DNA from: Hypanus sabinus
Taxonomy: Eukaryota
DNA: 64,000 nt
Direction: 5' to 3'
NCBI RefSeq assembly: GCF_030144855.1
Contig: NC_082710.1
Span: forward strand, 58,714,001-58,778,000
The notes under the pieces are model-generated. The model was not told the origin of the DNA. It did no database searches and saw nothing but the letters and a program-made list of their open reading frames with translations. How positions within the stretch are numbered: position 1 is the first letter of the stretch; each line of letters starts with the position of its first letter. Made by a program: the position numbers and the translations under genes. Shown piece after piece: positions 27,465-40,453 of the stretch.

Positions 27465-28425
27465 CAATGTTTGGATATAACTTATTCAAGACCAACCTGA
27501 AAGAATAAGATCACCCAGAAGAGTTGGCTAAACAGATACACAGTTGCTTTGATGGTAAAAAGCAAAGGGTGATGGTAAACAGTTATTTCTTGGATGGAGG
27601 CCCTATGACTAGTGGTTTGTCCAAGGGAATAGTGCTGGACGCATTGTTGTTTGTCATCTATATCAACAATTTGGATAAGAATTTATAAGACACAACACCT
27701 AACTGGTGGCATAATGGACAATGAAAAGGATTCTCAAAAATGACAGGGAAAATCTTCATCAGTTGAGTCAGTGGGCCAAAAAACATCAAATGGAGTTCCA
27801 TTTGGATAAGTGTGAGATATTGTATTCAGAAAGTCAAACTCAGGTCGGACTTCCACAGTTAATGGAAAGGCACAGGAGAGTGTTGTGGAACAGAGGGACT
27901 TTTGAGTACAAGTATATGATTTACTAAAAGTTGAGTGACAGGCAGACAGGTGTGAAGAAGGCATTTGACATGCTGGCCTTCATAATACAGGGAATTGATT
28001 TTGTACGTTGGGAAGTGTTGGTGCTGTTGCACAGAAGACATTTGGAGTACTATGTTCAGTTTAGGTTGCCCTGCTATAAGTGTCATAGATGGGGTTAATG
28101 CACTCAGTCTTATCTTCCCCCATAGTCTGAGTATCAAGATCTAAGGACATAGGTTTAAGGTGAGAGATGAAATATTTAAAAGAACTTTAAGGAGAAAGTT
28201 TTTCACATGAAGGGTGATATCTTTGTGGGAACTGCTGCCACAGGAAGTGGTTGAGGCAGGTGTAATAACAACTTTTTAAAAGACAGTTGGATGGATGTAT
28301 GGATTGGGAAGATTTAGAAGGTTATGGATCAAATGCTGGCAAAATGGAACTGGCCTTGATAAAACATTTTGGTCAGCATGTACCAGTTGGACTGTAGGAC
28401 CTGTTCAAAGCTGTATGACTCTCTA
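27465..28425 (+). mobile_element. CR1 RT 3' fragment
   Basis: LSQWAKKHQMEFHLDKCEI (27721-27927); tail gctgtatgactct. Confidence 0.85.
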
Positions 28426-28439
28426 ATGAAAGAAAACCA

Positions 28440-28800
28440 GAATGAGATGTATTTGTAAAACACCTTCCATGTCCTTTACAAAGGGTGGTACAATGCTCAA
28501 CAATGAGTCAAACATCTTCAAAGTGGCAGCGGTGCTGTCGTGTAGAAAAGCAGCAGCTAAATGGTATTCAGCAAGCACTACCAAACAGCAATGTATTAAT
28601 GACAAGAAAATCGTGTTGAAAGAGAAAGCCAGAAATAACTCACCCGCACTTCTTCCAGAAAAAATCCAACAATTCTTTGACTTCCTTTCTCTTTGAAGAA
28701 AATTAATGAGAGGAATCTACTTAAATGATAATGGTACCACTGTAACAGCAACACACAACTCTGAACGCCATACTGAAAGGGTTTCATGTAGTTCTACAAA
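28440..28800 (-). mobile_element. Ancient Deu-domain SINE (SacSINE1/AmnSINE1-like), decayed
   Basis: gtagaaaagcagcagctaaat..cagcaag..caaacagcaatgtattaatgac..aactcacccgcacttcttc resembles the antisense Deu-SINE core as remembered. Confidence 0.55.
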
Positions 28801-29909
28801 GGCAGCTAAAACCGTCCTACTTCTCCTTAATAACCTACTCATACTTCAAGAGCAGTATAAACTTTCTGCAACATTTATGACAGGAGTCTTTGCCATATGC
28901 TAATAGGATCTTCTGCCAAATGTTAAAGCCAGTTAAGAATCTGACAGAGAAGTCATTAGAATTTCATGAAATAATATGCATAACTGAGGAGAACTTCACA
29001 TTGTAAATGTTGAAATAACTGGTAGGGCTGAATAGAATCAAGAATTGCCCATCAATAAATAGTCATTTTGATACTGACAGTTCACATTGCTTATCCCGAT
29101 GCAATGCAATGGAAAAGAACTGGATCACTAAAAGGTAGCATACATTACTTTGTTCATGAGTGTTATTGAGCAAGGCTTCTCAAATGTTTAACAGGCTAAA
29201 TTAATCATTATGAAACATTCATAAGCACACTATTTACAATCACAGACACAAACAACTTGTGGTGGAGATCAGTGATCAGAGACCTTTATGTCGTCTCCAC
29301 TAGACCATGAGATACATGATTTACAGATAAAACACTGCACATTACAAATGGAATAACAATGAGTTCTCCAAAAACATTAATTTCAAAACAATTTATATAG
29401 TTAGTCATTCAGATTTGCATGAAAGCAAACAGGATCAGTCACCTATAAAGAAAAATTATACCACATTTATACAATATATATACAAAAGATTTAGGTTATA
29501 TAAGAATCAATGAGTGTTAATCAATGGCTAAAGGATACAAATATACCTTGGCTGGAATAAGTGACTTAGTCATAAATCCACGCAAAATTGCAGCTACTGA
29601 AAATCTTTAAAAAAGCAGAAATTGCTGGAAATACTCAGCCAGGAACCGTCTATAGAGAAGAAACAAAGGGAATGCTTCAGTTAATGACCTTTCACCTGCC
29701 TCAAGAAGCATGAAGAAACAAAGTTGTAAAGGAGGAGTGGAAAATACATGACTTTGTACACTATTGTGGAGAGAAGAAGAAGGAATGTGGAGGGAAAAGT
29801 GAAGGTTCTATATGTACTTTGCATGAGGGAAGAGAGTATTTCCAATGTAATAATTAGGGAGGAAATAGCTGAGACACTACAAACTTCAATATCATGTCAG
29901 TATTAGAAA

Positions 29910-30710
29910 ACAGAAGATAGAACAATACAGCACAATACAGGCTCTTCGTCCTACTGTGTTATGCTGACCACTTCTAACTTAGTTCAAGATCAATCTAACC
30001 CTTCCCTCCCACATAGCCCTCCATTTTTCTTTCATCCATGTGCCTATTTAAGAGACTCTTAAATGTCCATAACCCCAACCCTCTACCACCACACCTGTCA
30101 AAGCATTCTACACACTTAACTACACTCTGCCTAAAAAATACTTACATCTATCATCCTCCCTACACTTTCCTTCAAACACCTTAAAGTTATGCCAGCTCAT
30201 AAGTTTCTTAAGTGTCCCTACTGCTTCTGCCTTTACCACCACACCTGGTTACTTGTTCCACACACCCACCACTCTCTCTGTAAAGAACTTAACTCTGACA
30301 TACCCACCATACTTTCTTCAATCAGTTCAAAATTATGCATTCTTATATTAGCTATATCTGCCCTAGAAAAAAATCTTTTGGCCTCTTATCATCTTGTACA
30401 CCTCAATCAAGTCACCTCTCACCCTCTTTCACTCCAAAAAGAAAAGTACTATCTTGCTCAGCTTATCCTCATAAGGCACTCTTGTCTAGGCAACATCCTG
30501 ATAAATCTCCTCTGCACTCTCTTTAAATCTTCCACATCTTTCCTATAATTAGCTGACCAGAACAGAGCATGATATTGCAAGAGTGGTCCAACCGAAACTT
30601 TGCCTCAATGTTCTTGAAGATATTCTATCAGCTAATGAAATCCAAAGCACTATATGACTTCTTAACCAACTTATTAACTTGCATGGCAACATTGAAAGAT
30701 CTATGGACAG
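29910..30710 (-). mobile_element. CR1 3' fragments (two nested or adjacent)
   Basis: Tail gatagaacaatacagcac; ggcaacatcctgataaatctcctctgcact (RVQRRF on minus strand). Confidence 0.8.
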
Positions 30711-30711
30711 G

Positions 30712-31540
30712 GATAACTCTATGGCATTCAAGACTAGGGATCCGGAATTATACAAGAAGTCCAGGTATGACCTCTAGAAGGCTATTTTAAGAGTACAAAA
30801 CAATTCTGAATGAAGTTACGGATGGAATTAAATGCACACCAGCTTGGGCAGGATTTTCAGGCCATTATTTCCTCAAGGCAAAACCTAACATGTGACTGGC
30901 TATGATGCTTCACTCCCAGGTGAGCTCAATGCCATTTATGCACACTTTGAAAGGGAGAATAAAACAACACCTGCGTGAATCCCTGCAGCTTCAGGTGACT
31001 CTGTGATCTCTAACTCAGAGGCAGATGTCAGAACATGTTTCAAGAGAATAAACCCTCTCAATGCATCATACCCTGATAGTGTAGGTAGTCAGACTCTGTA
31101 AACCTGTGTCAATCAATTGGCTGGAGCATTCAATGACATTTTCAATATCTCACTGATGCAGAGACAGAGCACTAGCTTCAAAAGGGTGCCAATCATACCA
31201 GTGCCCAAGGGTGAACTGCCTCAGCAACTATTGCCCAGTTATACTCATGTGTGCTTTCAGAGGTTGGTCATGGCCAAAGTCAATCCCTGCCTTATCAAAG
31301 ACTTAGGTCCTCTGCAATTTGCCTATTGTCACAATGGGTCTACAGCAGATGCAATGTCACCAGCTAGACACTCATCTTTGGAAGATCTGGACAATAGCAA
31401 TATCTACATCAGGCTGCTGTTTATTGATTACAGCTCAGCACTCAACACCATCAAACCCTCAATACTCATTAACAAGCTCCAAAACATCCGCCTCTTTGTC
31501 TCCCTCTGCAACTGGATCCTTGACTTCCTCATTGGAAGGT
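30712..31540 (+). mobile_element. Rex1/Babar RT fragment
   Basis: ORF 31117-31542: FNDIFNISL..IIPVPK..PLQFAY..IRLLFIDYSSALNTI..LCNWILDFL. Confidence 0.9.
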
Positions 31541-32069
31541 GAGGAAACTTTCAAAGTGAATCACTTGACACTTTTCTGAAGTGACCTCCATTGGCCACTT
31601 CTCAGCCTAGCTCTGCACCTTTAAATATCTCTTTATTAATCCATAACAATCTTCTATACTACACACAACACAGACAACTTTCATGTCATCTGCAAACTTT
31701 CTAACCCACCATAACACTTCTTCATCCAATCCATTTATAGGAATCACAAAGAACAAGTATATTGGTTGCTCTCGAGTTCAGGTGTAACCCATCCCTTTCA
31801 CACAGTTCATAACTCCCCCAGAAGAGATCCTAAAGATCCATAATAACGCTGCCCCTACACCAGTTCTTCAGCCACACATTCATTTCACAAATTATCCTAT
31901 TCCTACCCTCTCTAGTACATGCAGAGGCAGCAATACAGAGATTGCCACCCTTGAGGTCCTTTTCAGCTTCCTACCCAGCTCCCTATATATTCTCTTCAGG
32001 ACTTCATCCCTTTTCCTACCTATCTTACTGATACAAATATGTAGCACAACTTCTGTAACACAAACTTAC

Positions 32070-33377
32070 AAACTTATTGGAGTTATTTGAGGATATACCG
32101 AGCACAGTGGATAGAGGGAAACGGATGGTATTTACTTGGATTTCCAGAAGGCCGGATAAAAGACTGATGCATAAGATAAGTGTGCATAGAGTTGGGGGTG
32201 ACGTATTAGCATGGATAGAGGATTGGTTAACTAATAGAGAACAGAGAGTTGGGATACATGGGTGTTACTCTGGTTGGCAATCAGAGGTGAACGGTGTGCC
32301 ACAGGAGTCGGTGCTGGACTAGCAAATGTTCACGATATACATTGACGATCTGGAAGAGGGAACCAACTGCTGATGATACCAAATTGAGTGGAAGGGCATA
32401 TTGTGCAGAAGATACGGAGAGTCTGCAGAGAGATATAGATCAGTTAAGTGAGTGGGCGAGGGTCTGGCAGATGGAGTACAATGTTGTTAAATGTGAGGTC
32501 ATCCACTTTGGAAGGAAAAATGGAAGAGCAGATTATTATTTAAATGGTAAATAATGGCAGCATGCTGCTGTGCAGAGGGACTTGGGAGTGCTTGTACATG
32601 AATCACAAAAGGTTGGTTTGCAGGTGCAGCAGGCTATCAAGAAGGCAAATGGAGTGTTGGCCTTCATTGCTAGAGGAATTGAATTTAAGAGCAGGGAGCT
32701 TATGCTGCAACGGTACAGGGTACTGGTGAGACCACACCTGGAGAACTGTGTGCGGCTCTGATCTCCTTACTTGAGGAAGGATACACTGGCTTTGGAAATG
32801 GTACGGAGGAGGTTCAACCAGGTTGATTCCAGAGATGAGGGTTGTGGTGAACTATGTGCCTGTCGGGACACGCCCCTGCTGACTGCTCCTGTGGCTCCTC
32901 CCACAGGCCCCTGTATAAAGGAGATCTGCGGCCTGACGCTCGGCCTCAGTCTCCAAGACATTGTATGATAGACACTCACTCCTGGTTCCTTCTTCCAGTC
33001 AATAAAAGCCGATATCTCGCCTTACGTCTCAGTGTGAGTTATTGATGGTGCATCAAGGGTGTTGCACTATGAGGAGAGATTGTGTTACCTGGGACTGTAC
33101 TTGCTGGAATTCAGGAGACTGAAAGGAGATCTTATAGAAACATATAAAATAATGAAAGTGATAGATAAGATAGAGGCAGTAAATTTGTTTCCACTGTTAG
33201 GTGAGACAAGATCTAGGGGAGATAGCCTCAAGATTTGGGGGAGTAGATATAGGATGAAGATGAGGAGGAACTGTTTCTCCCAGATGCTAGATCAACCATG
33301 ACCTTATTGAATGGTGGTCAAGGCTCGACAAGCCAGATGGCCTACTCCTGCTCCTATTTCTTAAGTTTTTATGTTCC
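32070..33377 (+). mobile_element. CR1 RT 3' fragment hosting a solo LTR
   Basis: WIEDWLTNREQRV..GVPQESVL, ADDTKL..WQMEYNVVKCEV, QRDLGVLVH; tail ~33340-33377. Confidence 0.92.
32843..33055 (+). mobile_element. Solo LTR, 213 bp
   Basis: TG...CA ends; perfect TSD agggt (32838-32842 / 33056-33060); TATAAA and AATAAA; homologous to 53379-53594. Confidence 0.92.
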
Positions 33378-33659
33378 GACTGATCACCCTCCACCTGATC
33401 TGAAACATCCTCAACCCCAGCAGGTGGGAGGCAACATATCATCCAGAAGTCTCTTTCACATCCACTAAATCTCCTGTCAGTTTCCATAACTATTGAATCC
33501 CCTATCACCAACATGCTCCTCTCCTCCCCACTTTGCTTCTGACCTACCAGACTTAGTACCAGAGACCAGGTTGTGGCAGCTTCCCCGGCAGGTCACTTCC
33601 CTTCTCCCACCCTAATCATGACCCAAAGCTGTATTCTTGTTATTGAGGGAAACTGCCCC

Positions 33660-34045
33660 AGAAAAGTCGACTACCTTAAAGTAGGTAAGCCACCAGGACC
33701 AGATCGGATGCACCCTGGGTTTTGTTTAAGGTAAATAAAGAAGTTAACTGTTTTGTTACCATAATCTGTAACACTCTTTTCATAGAGGTTGCTTCCGGAG
33801 GACTGAAATGCAGCAAATATTACTCGCTTATTGAAAAAGGAAATTACAAATAACTCAGTACTAGAGGCCAGTCGGTTTAATCTCAGCGGTCAGAAAGCTT
33901 TTAGAAACATTGATCCAAGACAGGATTAAGTGACTGAGAGGAAAATAGATGATTGAAAGCAAGCCAACCTACATGGATTTGTTATGGGCAAGTCAGATTG
34001 GAACTGATATGATGCACATGGACTTTCGGCAAAGTGTTTGATAAA
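33660..34045 (+). mobile_element. Old CR1 RT fragment
   Basis: KPPGPDRMHP motif at ~33688; MDFRQS (cf. DFQKAFD) at ~34018. Confidence 0.65.
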
Positions 34046-34874
34046 CCAAACCCTCTCTCAGTGGGCACTACATCAACTGTGTCATTCAGCCTCTCATGAA
34101 CTTCATCCTATCACAGTATTTCCCATTGTTTTCTCTATATTCTCTGCTACTGAAAATATGATGGCTGTCTCAGTTCTAATGAAAGATACATTTCCTGAAG
34201 CATTAAGTCTGCTTCTTCCTTCAGAGATGCTCTCTGATTTTCTGAGTACTTTCAGCATCTTACCTTTTTAAGAGCACTGACAGCATTATCATTAAGGAAG
34301 AAAATCTGTTTATCACCCAGTTCTTAATGTTATGCCTCAGGATATTATTGGAATTTAAGTGCATAAATACTTACCAAACATTGCTGGTGACACACTTATC
34401 AAGTGACAGGCAAATGCAGTAATAATTTTACCAGTCTGCAGATGCAGATTGCTATTTCCCTAGTGACCCTGAGCTGAGCTTCCAAGTCCAACTTCCTTCT
34501 CCGTAACCTCCCCTGTCTCTGCAGCAGCAACCTTCAACAATGTGCTTGACTGTTCCAATAATCTCCTGGCCAATTCCACTTTGTAGAACCTCATGAACAT
34601 ATTCTTCTGCCCTAACTCTTTATCACACTGTTGCCCTTCTAAAGTACAACTGAGACTTTACATTTTGTTTTAAACTCCTGGTCATATGTCCTAGTAACAC
34701 CCAAGTGCTTTGGTGACAAATTTCATCGCTCTGAATTCTTTGAAGAGTCTGAGTGCATCTTGCAGATGCAACATCTCTAGGTAAACAGTTTTTTGAGTCA
34801 CTTCACCCTCCTGAATGCACAATTTCTGGAGTAAAAAAATCTGCTAAAGGAACTCAATAGGCCGTGAAACAACT

Positions 34875-35202
34875 CTAAATTAGACCTGCATAGGTAGGAA
34901 TCTCCCAATCTTCACCCAGCCAACATAAATCACCTGCCATCCATTTCCAACTCATCACCTGCAGCCTATTTAAATCCAGCTCTCATCCACAGTATTTGTT
35001 CACCCATCAAACCAGCCAACCTCAACCAGTTGCTCCTAGCTTTCAGTTTCCTCATTGCCTTTTGTGTTCAATATATGATCTTTTTTGTTTTGTGACCCCT
35101 TGTGGCTGGTTACTTTTGCAGTCTACAATTAAATGTATCATTCATTGTTGAATTGTCTCTGCTGCTCTGCCTTTGGGTCAAACCTCCTTTACGTTTTCTG
35201 AC
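34875..35202 (+). mobile_element. Solo LTR of the Gypsy family at 10201-13032, inserted in a Penelope-derived palindrome
   Basis: ctcatcacctgcagcctatttaa, cagttgctcc and tctctgctg..gggtcaa are reverse complements of the 12665-13032 LTR; ends ..tctgaca. Confidence 0.82.
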
Positions 35203-35313
35203 ACTCTAGAGGGAAGGTATTGTTGATATTTTAAGTCAAGACTGTACATGAGACTGACCCACTAAGTTATTTCAGTAGTTTGATTTTCTTGCTCCAGATT
35301 CCAACCTATGTGA

Positions 35314-35470
35314 CTAGATAGGTATCTTATTGATAGGGGAATCAAGGGATATGGGGACAAGGCAGGAACTGGGTATTGATAGTAGATGATCAGCCATGAT
35401 CTCAGAATGGTGGTGCAGGCTCGAAGGGCCAAATGGTCTACTTCTGCACCTATTGTCTATTGTCAATTGA
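35314..35470 (+). mobile_element. CR1 3' end fragment
   Basis: gatgatcagccatgatc..gaagggccaaatgg..(ctattgt)n tail. Confidence 0.8.
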
Positions 35471-35958
35471 CTTCCTGTGTCCCTATGCACCATTTCTGTC
35501 AGAGTTGTTGTTTCTGTTTTAGCAAAGCCATTTTCATTCACTTAGCTCTGTGACACAAATTTCTTGAAATTGGTACTTTACCAGATTCTGAGCAATTGTC
35601 TAAAATGTTCAGATAACTACATTTGAAAATTGTTATATTTTGCCAGTGGTACCTATGAAATGTGAAATCAAAACTATGGCAATAAAGCATAAAAATTTAA
35701 ATTCTCATTTTAAGTGGATATCAGTCATTGAAATTTAAAAATATTAAAATCAACAGCCTATCCCTACCTGTTCATTTAGTATTAACTGAGGTGAAAGCAA
35801 GATGCAGGCTTGCTGGAATAAAATGTGAATATTTAACTATTTTAATGAGGATGACTGAATATTCTTAGACTTAAACCTTAAACACTGCTGAAGATTCTCA
35901 ATTATAGAGAATTTGAAAGCTTGTAAGGAGCTGAAAGATGCTGAATGTCGTTCACCTG

Positions 35959-36595
35959 CACTCAGTGACCATTTTATTAGGAATCTCTTGTACCAAATAA
36001 AGTGGCCACTGAATGTATATTCATGACCTTCTGCTTCTGTAGACCATCGACTTTGAGTTTCAACATGTTGTGCATTCAGAGGTGCTCTTCTACACACCAC
36101 TGTTGTAATACATTTTTTTCCTGAGTTACTGTTGCTTTCCTGTCAGCTTAAACTAGTCTCGCCACTCGTCTCTGACCTCTCGCGTTAACAAGGCTATTTT
36201 ACACACACAACTGTCACTCACTGGATGTTCTTTTTATTTCTTGCACCATTGTCTGTGAATTCTAGAGACTGTTGTATGTTAAAATCCCAGGAGATCAACA
36301 GTTTCTAAGATACTTAAACCACCCTGTCTGGCACCAATCATTCGAGAGTCAAAGTCACTTAGATAAGATTTATTCCCCATTCTGAATTCTGGTCTGAACA
36401 ACAACTAAACCTCTTGACATGCCTGCATGTCTTTAAATTTCCACGTTGTTATTTGTTAAGTCTGCACACTACTAAGTGTGTTTTTAAATGTTGCTGCTGT
36501 AACGAAAATTTCCCACTTGTGATCAATAATGTACTAATTATTATTATTTATTTGCATTAAAGTACAGGTGTACCTAATAAAGTGGCCACTGAGTG
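35959..36595. mobile_element. Non-autonomous Tc1/mariner element with an extra internal TIR copy
   Basis: TIR cactcagtgaccattttattagg / cctaataaagtggccactgagtg followed by TA; third TIR copy at ~35990-36017; a short LINE tail inserted at ~36430-36550. Confidence 0.85.
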
Positions 36596-37534
36596 TACTT
36601 TAACACCATTTCTAGCCCCAAAACATTCAGCTATTGACTACCCTCTATTATGAACAATGATGTTCTGCAAACTTAGCCTATCATCTTCTAGACAGCCATG
36701 GGTCTGGTCAACTATAGTCAAGCAAGTAATGTTAATGAGATCTTGCTACTTAGTCAGAGAATTAGAAAGAACGTACATATTGCAAAATCAGTGTACACTA
36801 CATTTGCTTTCTCCTACATCTAAGATAAAATGACTGTCCATGTTTCCTTTGTTCTGTTCATTTGCTAAGATTTTTTTTGTTAGGTATTGATAAATAGACT
36901 TTTCACACAAACTCAGTGTGGATTGACTATATTGACTTAGGTGCAGGAAGTTGTGAATTAATTTATCTTGAGATTAATCCAACTTTTGATGAAAAGCAAG
37001 AATAATTTAGGAACATCTTATGCTTCAGTTGAAAAAAATGTTTTGACAGCTGACGTCTTTTTCATGCACAGTTAATGAATGGCAGATCAGGAGAACTCTT
37101 CGGATGATCAGAATTGAAAGAAAATGCATCATTCATTGCGCACATTTACCAAGAAGCTCTACACAGTTCTTGATTGTAGGAAATGGGTTCCACATAGAGT
37201 TTATTGTTATGGACTGAAAATGAATATGAAGTTAACAGAATTTATAATACAGAAACTGAACATCTAGACCACAGATTAATGTCAGGGTAAAGTGTTCTCA
37301 TAAGCTTTCCACCAGGCGATTTCCACTTTTGCTATCAGTATAGTTTTTCATTCTTTTCTCAAATTTACATTCCAATCACACTCTGGACAAAAATTCTCCT
37401 AAGTTCTTAATTTTTACTGAACCTTGGCGATCTGCCTACCACTTCAATTGACCAGTAAAGGAAGTGGCAGAATCATTTTCAAAATCGAAGTTCAAAGTCA
37501 ATTTTTCAATTGAGAAATGATATTGAGATGAAGC

Positions 37535-38588
37535 TTTGATGAAAAATATGCTGAATTCTCAGAATATTTCTACTATTTGATGTTTCTGCCAGTGCAGGAG
37601 GTGGCTTTACCCTGCCTGTCTGATTAAACTCATTGCGTAGGTGTCCATTTGGTTACCTTTGAAATATTAAACTGCTAAACTGAGCAGGGGCCAAGATTGC
37701 CTGTATTACCTATCCTGACATTAACCTGTAGACCTGATATTCATTTTCTATATTACACAACCCAGAGATTCACTTCCCCATGGACATTCATTCCAATGAA
37801 CAAGGATTGGCAGCAGCATTGTGACACGTGAGCGGATCTGTCAGAACCAGTTATTAATTGTTACTCTTGAAGGGTGGTTTCCATTGATGGATTCACTCTC
37901 ATGATAGATTAAACACTGCTGTTTTAAAGTTATTGTAAGACAACATAAATATAATAAAGCTGTTTATTTTACATCTGCAATGAAACAAGCATTCCATTCC
38001 ATACAGCATCATTCCCAAAACAAGCAAATTTGCAACAAATCTATAAAAAATAAAAAGATGAAAATCAGGATTTGAACTGATAAATTCATTTGCAACCTGC
38101 AAAATAAGATCTCACTTAAATGTCAGAATATGCCATCCTATGGAAGTGGGAAAATACTGCTTTGGCTCAAGAGGACCTTAACCAACAGAACGTGCATGGT
38201 GGGATCTTGCTGCCAGTTTAGGTTGTGAATTTTCTTATTCAGGATGGAATGAATTTATGGTAAGGAGAATTCCATACATTATTTATGGGGCCAGAAGGGT
38301 GAATCACCTCCTCTGGCCTAACTAGGAACTGACGCATATAAGAAATACATGGCCCTTTTTAAATCATATTTTTTCCCACTCAGATTACCTAGTTAAAATT
38401 TCTATGCACTGATAATACAGGTGATCTTGTCGCCCACTCAGTTGAGCAGTTTAAAATTCCAGAAAGCAGCCAAATGGACACCCACGTATCCTGTTTCATC
38501 ACACAGTCAGGGTTATAGGCATGTTCTACACTGGCAGAAGCATCAAACAGTAGAAATATTCTGAGAATTCAGCATATTCTTCATCAAA
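37535..38588. repeat. ~1.05 kb foldback (long inverted repeat), probably an ancient non-autonomous DNA transposon
   Basis: 37535-37594 vs 38529-38588 match 57/60 as reverse complements; alignable but more diverged arms continue 37595-37710 vs 38411-38528. Confidence 0.85.
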
Positions 38589-39412
38589 ACATCCTACTAT
38601 TATTATTCCAGAATTGAATCAAATGAGTAAACAATGAAAACTGGTCCCTTTTTGAATTTTTGGTGTCAGTACTTTGTAGAAATTCCAAACATTTTACTGA
38701 TAAAAACATGCAGCATAATTTGAACACAATATATTTAACATGTATTACATACAGACTGCATAGAGTGAGCAACTATTTACCTGACAAGGGTGAATTTCCT
38801 TTAACTTATTTATTGCTATTCAGGTACTGTTCAGCTCTGCAGTACCAAAATCACATTCTAAGAAATTTCTGCTTTTCCTTCTTCTCTGAAGTTTCAAATC
38901 GTCTTCTTCAAAATTACCAGGCAAACTGCTGAATGGTTACTTTGACAGTAATGACTCAAGGTGTGAGATAAGACCATAATTCAGATGCCATTTGGACTAA
39001 CAAGTCTGCTCTGCCGTTGCATTGTGACTGATATTTTACTCCTCTCAACCCCATTCTCCTGCCTTCTCCCTGTAACCTCTAAAGGCCTTACTAATCAAAA
39101 TCTATCAACCTACGCTTTAAATATTCCCAGTGACTTGGCCTCCAAAGCTGTCTTTGGCAATGAATTCCACAGTTTCACCATCATTTGGGTAAAGAAATTC
39201 CTCCTCATTACTGCTGTGCCTTCTTAGATTTCCCCACTATAGGAAGCATCGTCTCCATATCCACTCTATTCAGACCTTTCAATATTCAATATGTTTCAAA
39301 GAGATCATCCCCTCCCTCATTCTTCTAAATTCCAGAGAGAACAGGCCCACAGGCATCAAATGTGCTTCATACATTAACCCTTTCATTCCTGGGATCATCC
39401 TAATGAACCTCC

Positions 39413-39660
39413 TTGCCAAAGGGGTGTTACTAAGTACTGACCATGCAGGGTGCCCAAAATTTTGCTTCAGGCCCTTTTCCATTTTTGTTATTTTGAAACT
39501 GTAAAAGGTGGAAATAAAAAAAGTAATCTTGCTTAAAATATTAAAGAAATGTGTCATCTTTAACTTTATGCCTTTTGGAAATCAGGTCATCTTTTACTCG
39601 CTTAGATATTCACAGTGACAGAAACTTTAACTGGGGTGCCCAAACTTTTGCATGTGACTG
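39413..39660 (+). mobile_element. Right end of an IR/DR-type Tc1 transposon
   Basis: gccaaagggg..actaagtactga resembles the Tc1 transposase end AKGxxTKY*; direct repeats gggtgcccaaa(a/c)ttttgc at ~39448 and ~39634. Confidence 0.75.
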
Positions 39661-40453
39661 TATGCTGTAGGTACTTCATTTGAGCAGTTCTCTGCAAAAG
39701 CAGTGTGTCCTGCTGATAGAATGCTTTGATTCTGGCGAGAGATAAGAGCCCAGTTGTTCTATTTCAGAATGTTGTGTCAGTCAATCAGGAATCGGGAGAA
39801 AGTTCTAGAGAGTTTTGATGACGGACAGTGAGGTTCGCAAGTCTTATTGGCAGGAGCCGCAGAGAGGTCAGGAGGTCAGATGGCTAAGAACGCCGTGGGG
39901 AGGAGTGTCCCCATTGCACAGAGTGCTTTGTCCAGATGAATGGCTCCAAGGAGGTGGGGCCATTATTCCCAAGAGAGAGCCCATTTGTTTAAAATAGATT
40001 TTGAGCAAAGATCAAGATGTGGTGTGTGCTTTCAAGCAGATTATGGGTCCAGCATGGGATGAAAAAACAACTCCAGGATGAGGTCCAACTTTATGTATAT
40101 ATTTGGACTGGTTTAACTATAATGGCCCTTATTTCTCTTTTTTCTTTCCTACTAACTGTTTGATAAAGCTGAAATTTGTCAATATATTTTCTTTACAATT
40201 TTATATGGTGTATGATCTGCTATTTCTTGCCAACCAACAATTGTGAAGGGACAGCATTTGCAAGGTATTCATTCAAATCAAGGTTTCTTTAATTGGAACA
40301 TCACAACATTCCTGTTTGGTTCAACCTCAGATCATACTGACGCTAGATGTAGATTGTTTATGAAAGTTAGCCTTGTCAGTGCTGAATCCCATGGCTGTAA
40401 GCAGAGCTGACTAATGAGCAAAGTTTGCATACAAGCACAGTGAGGGGGCTACA
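39653..40453 (+). mobile_element. Solo-LTR-like element (~0.8 kb)
   Basis: Ends ..ggctaca; interrupts a CR1; shares internal blocks with 45069-45653; no TSD found. Confidence 0.55.

Larger units (their letters stand above)
31600..33660 (-). mobile_element. CR1 remnant incl. ORF1 esterase, split by a + strand CR1 (pieces ~31600-32055 and ~33378-33660)
   Basis: LVIGDSIV..DRRF..CCLP (GDS nucleophile motif, ORF 33287-33514); esterase sequence continues at 31760-32055. Confidence 0.75.

Noticed and set aside
37071-37217. Possible exon after tttttcatgcacag
   Set aside because: No convincing donor before the stop and no recognisable protein
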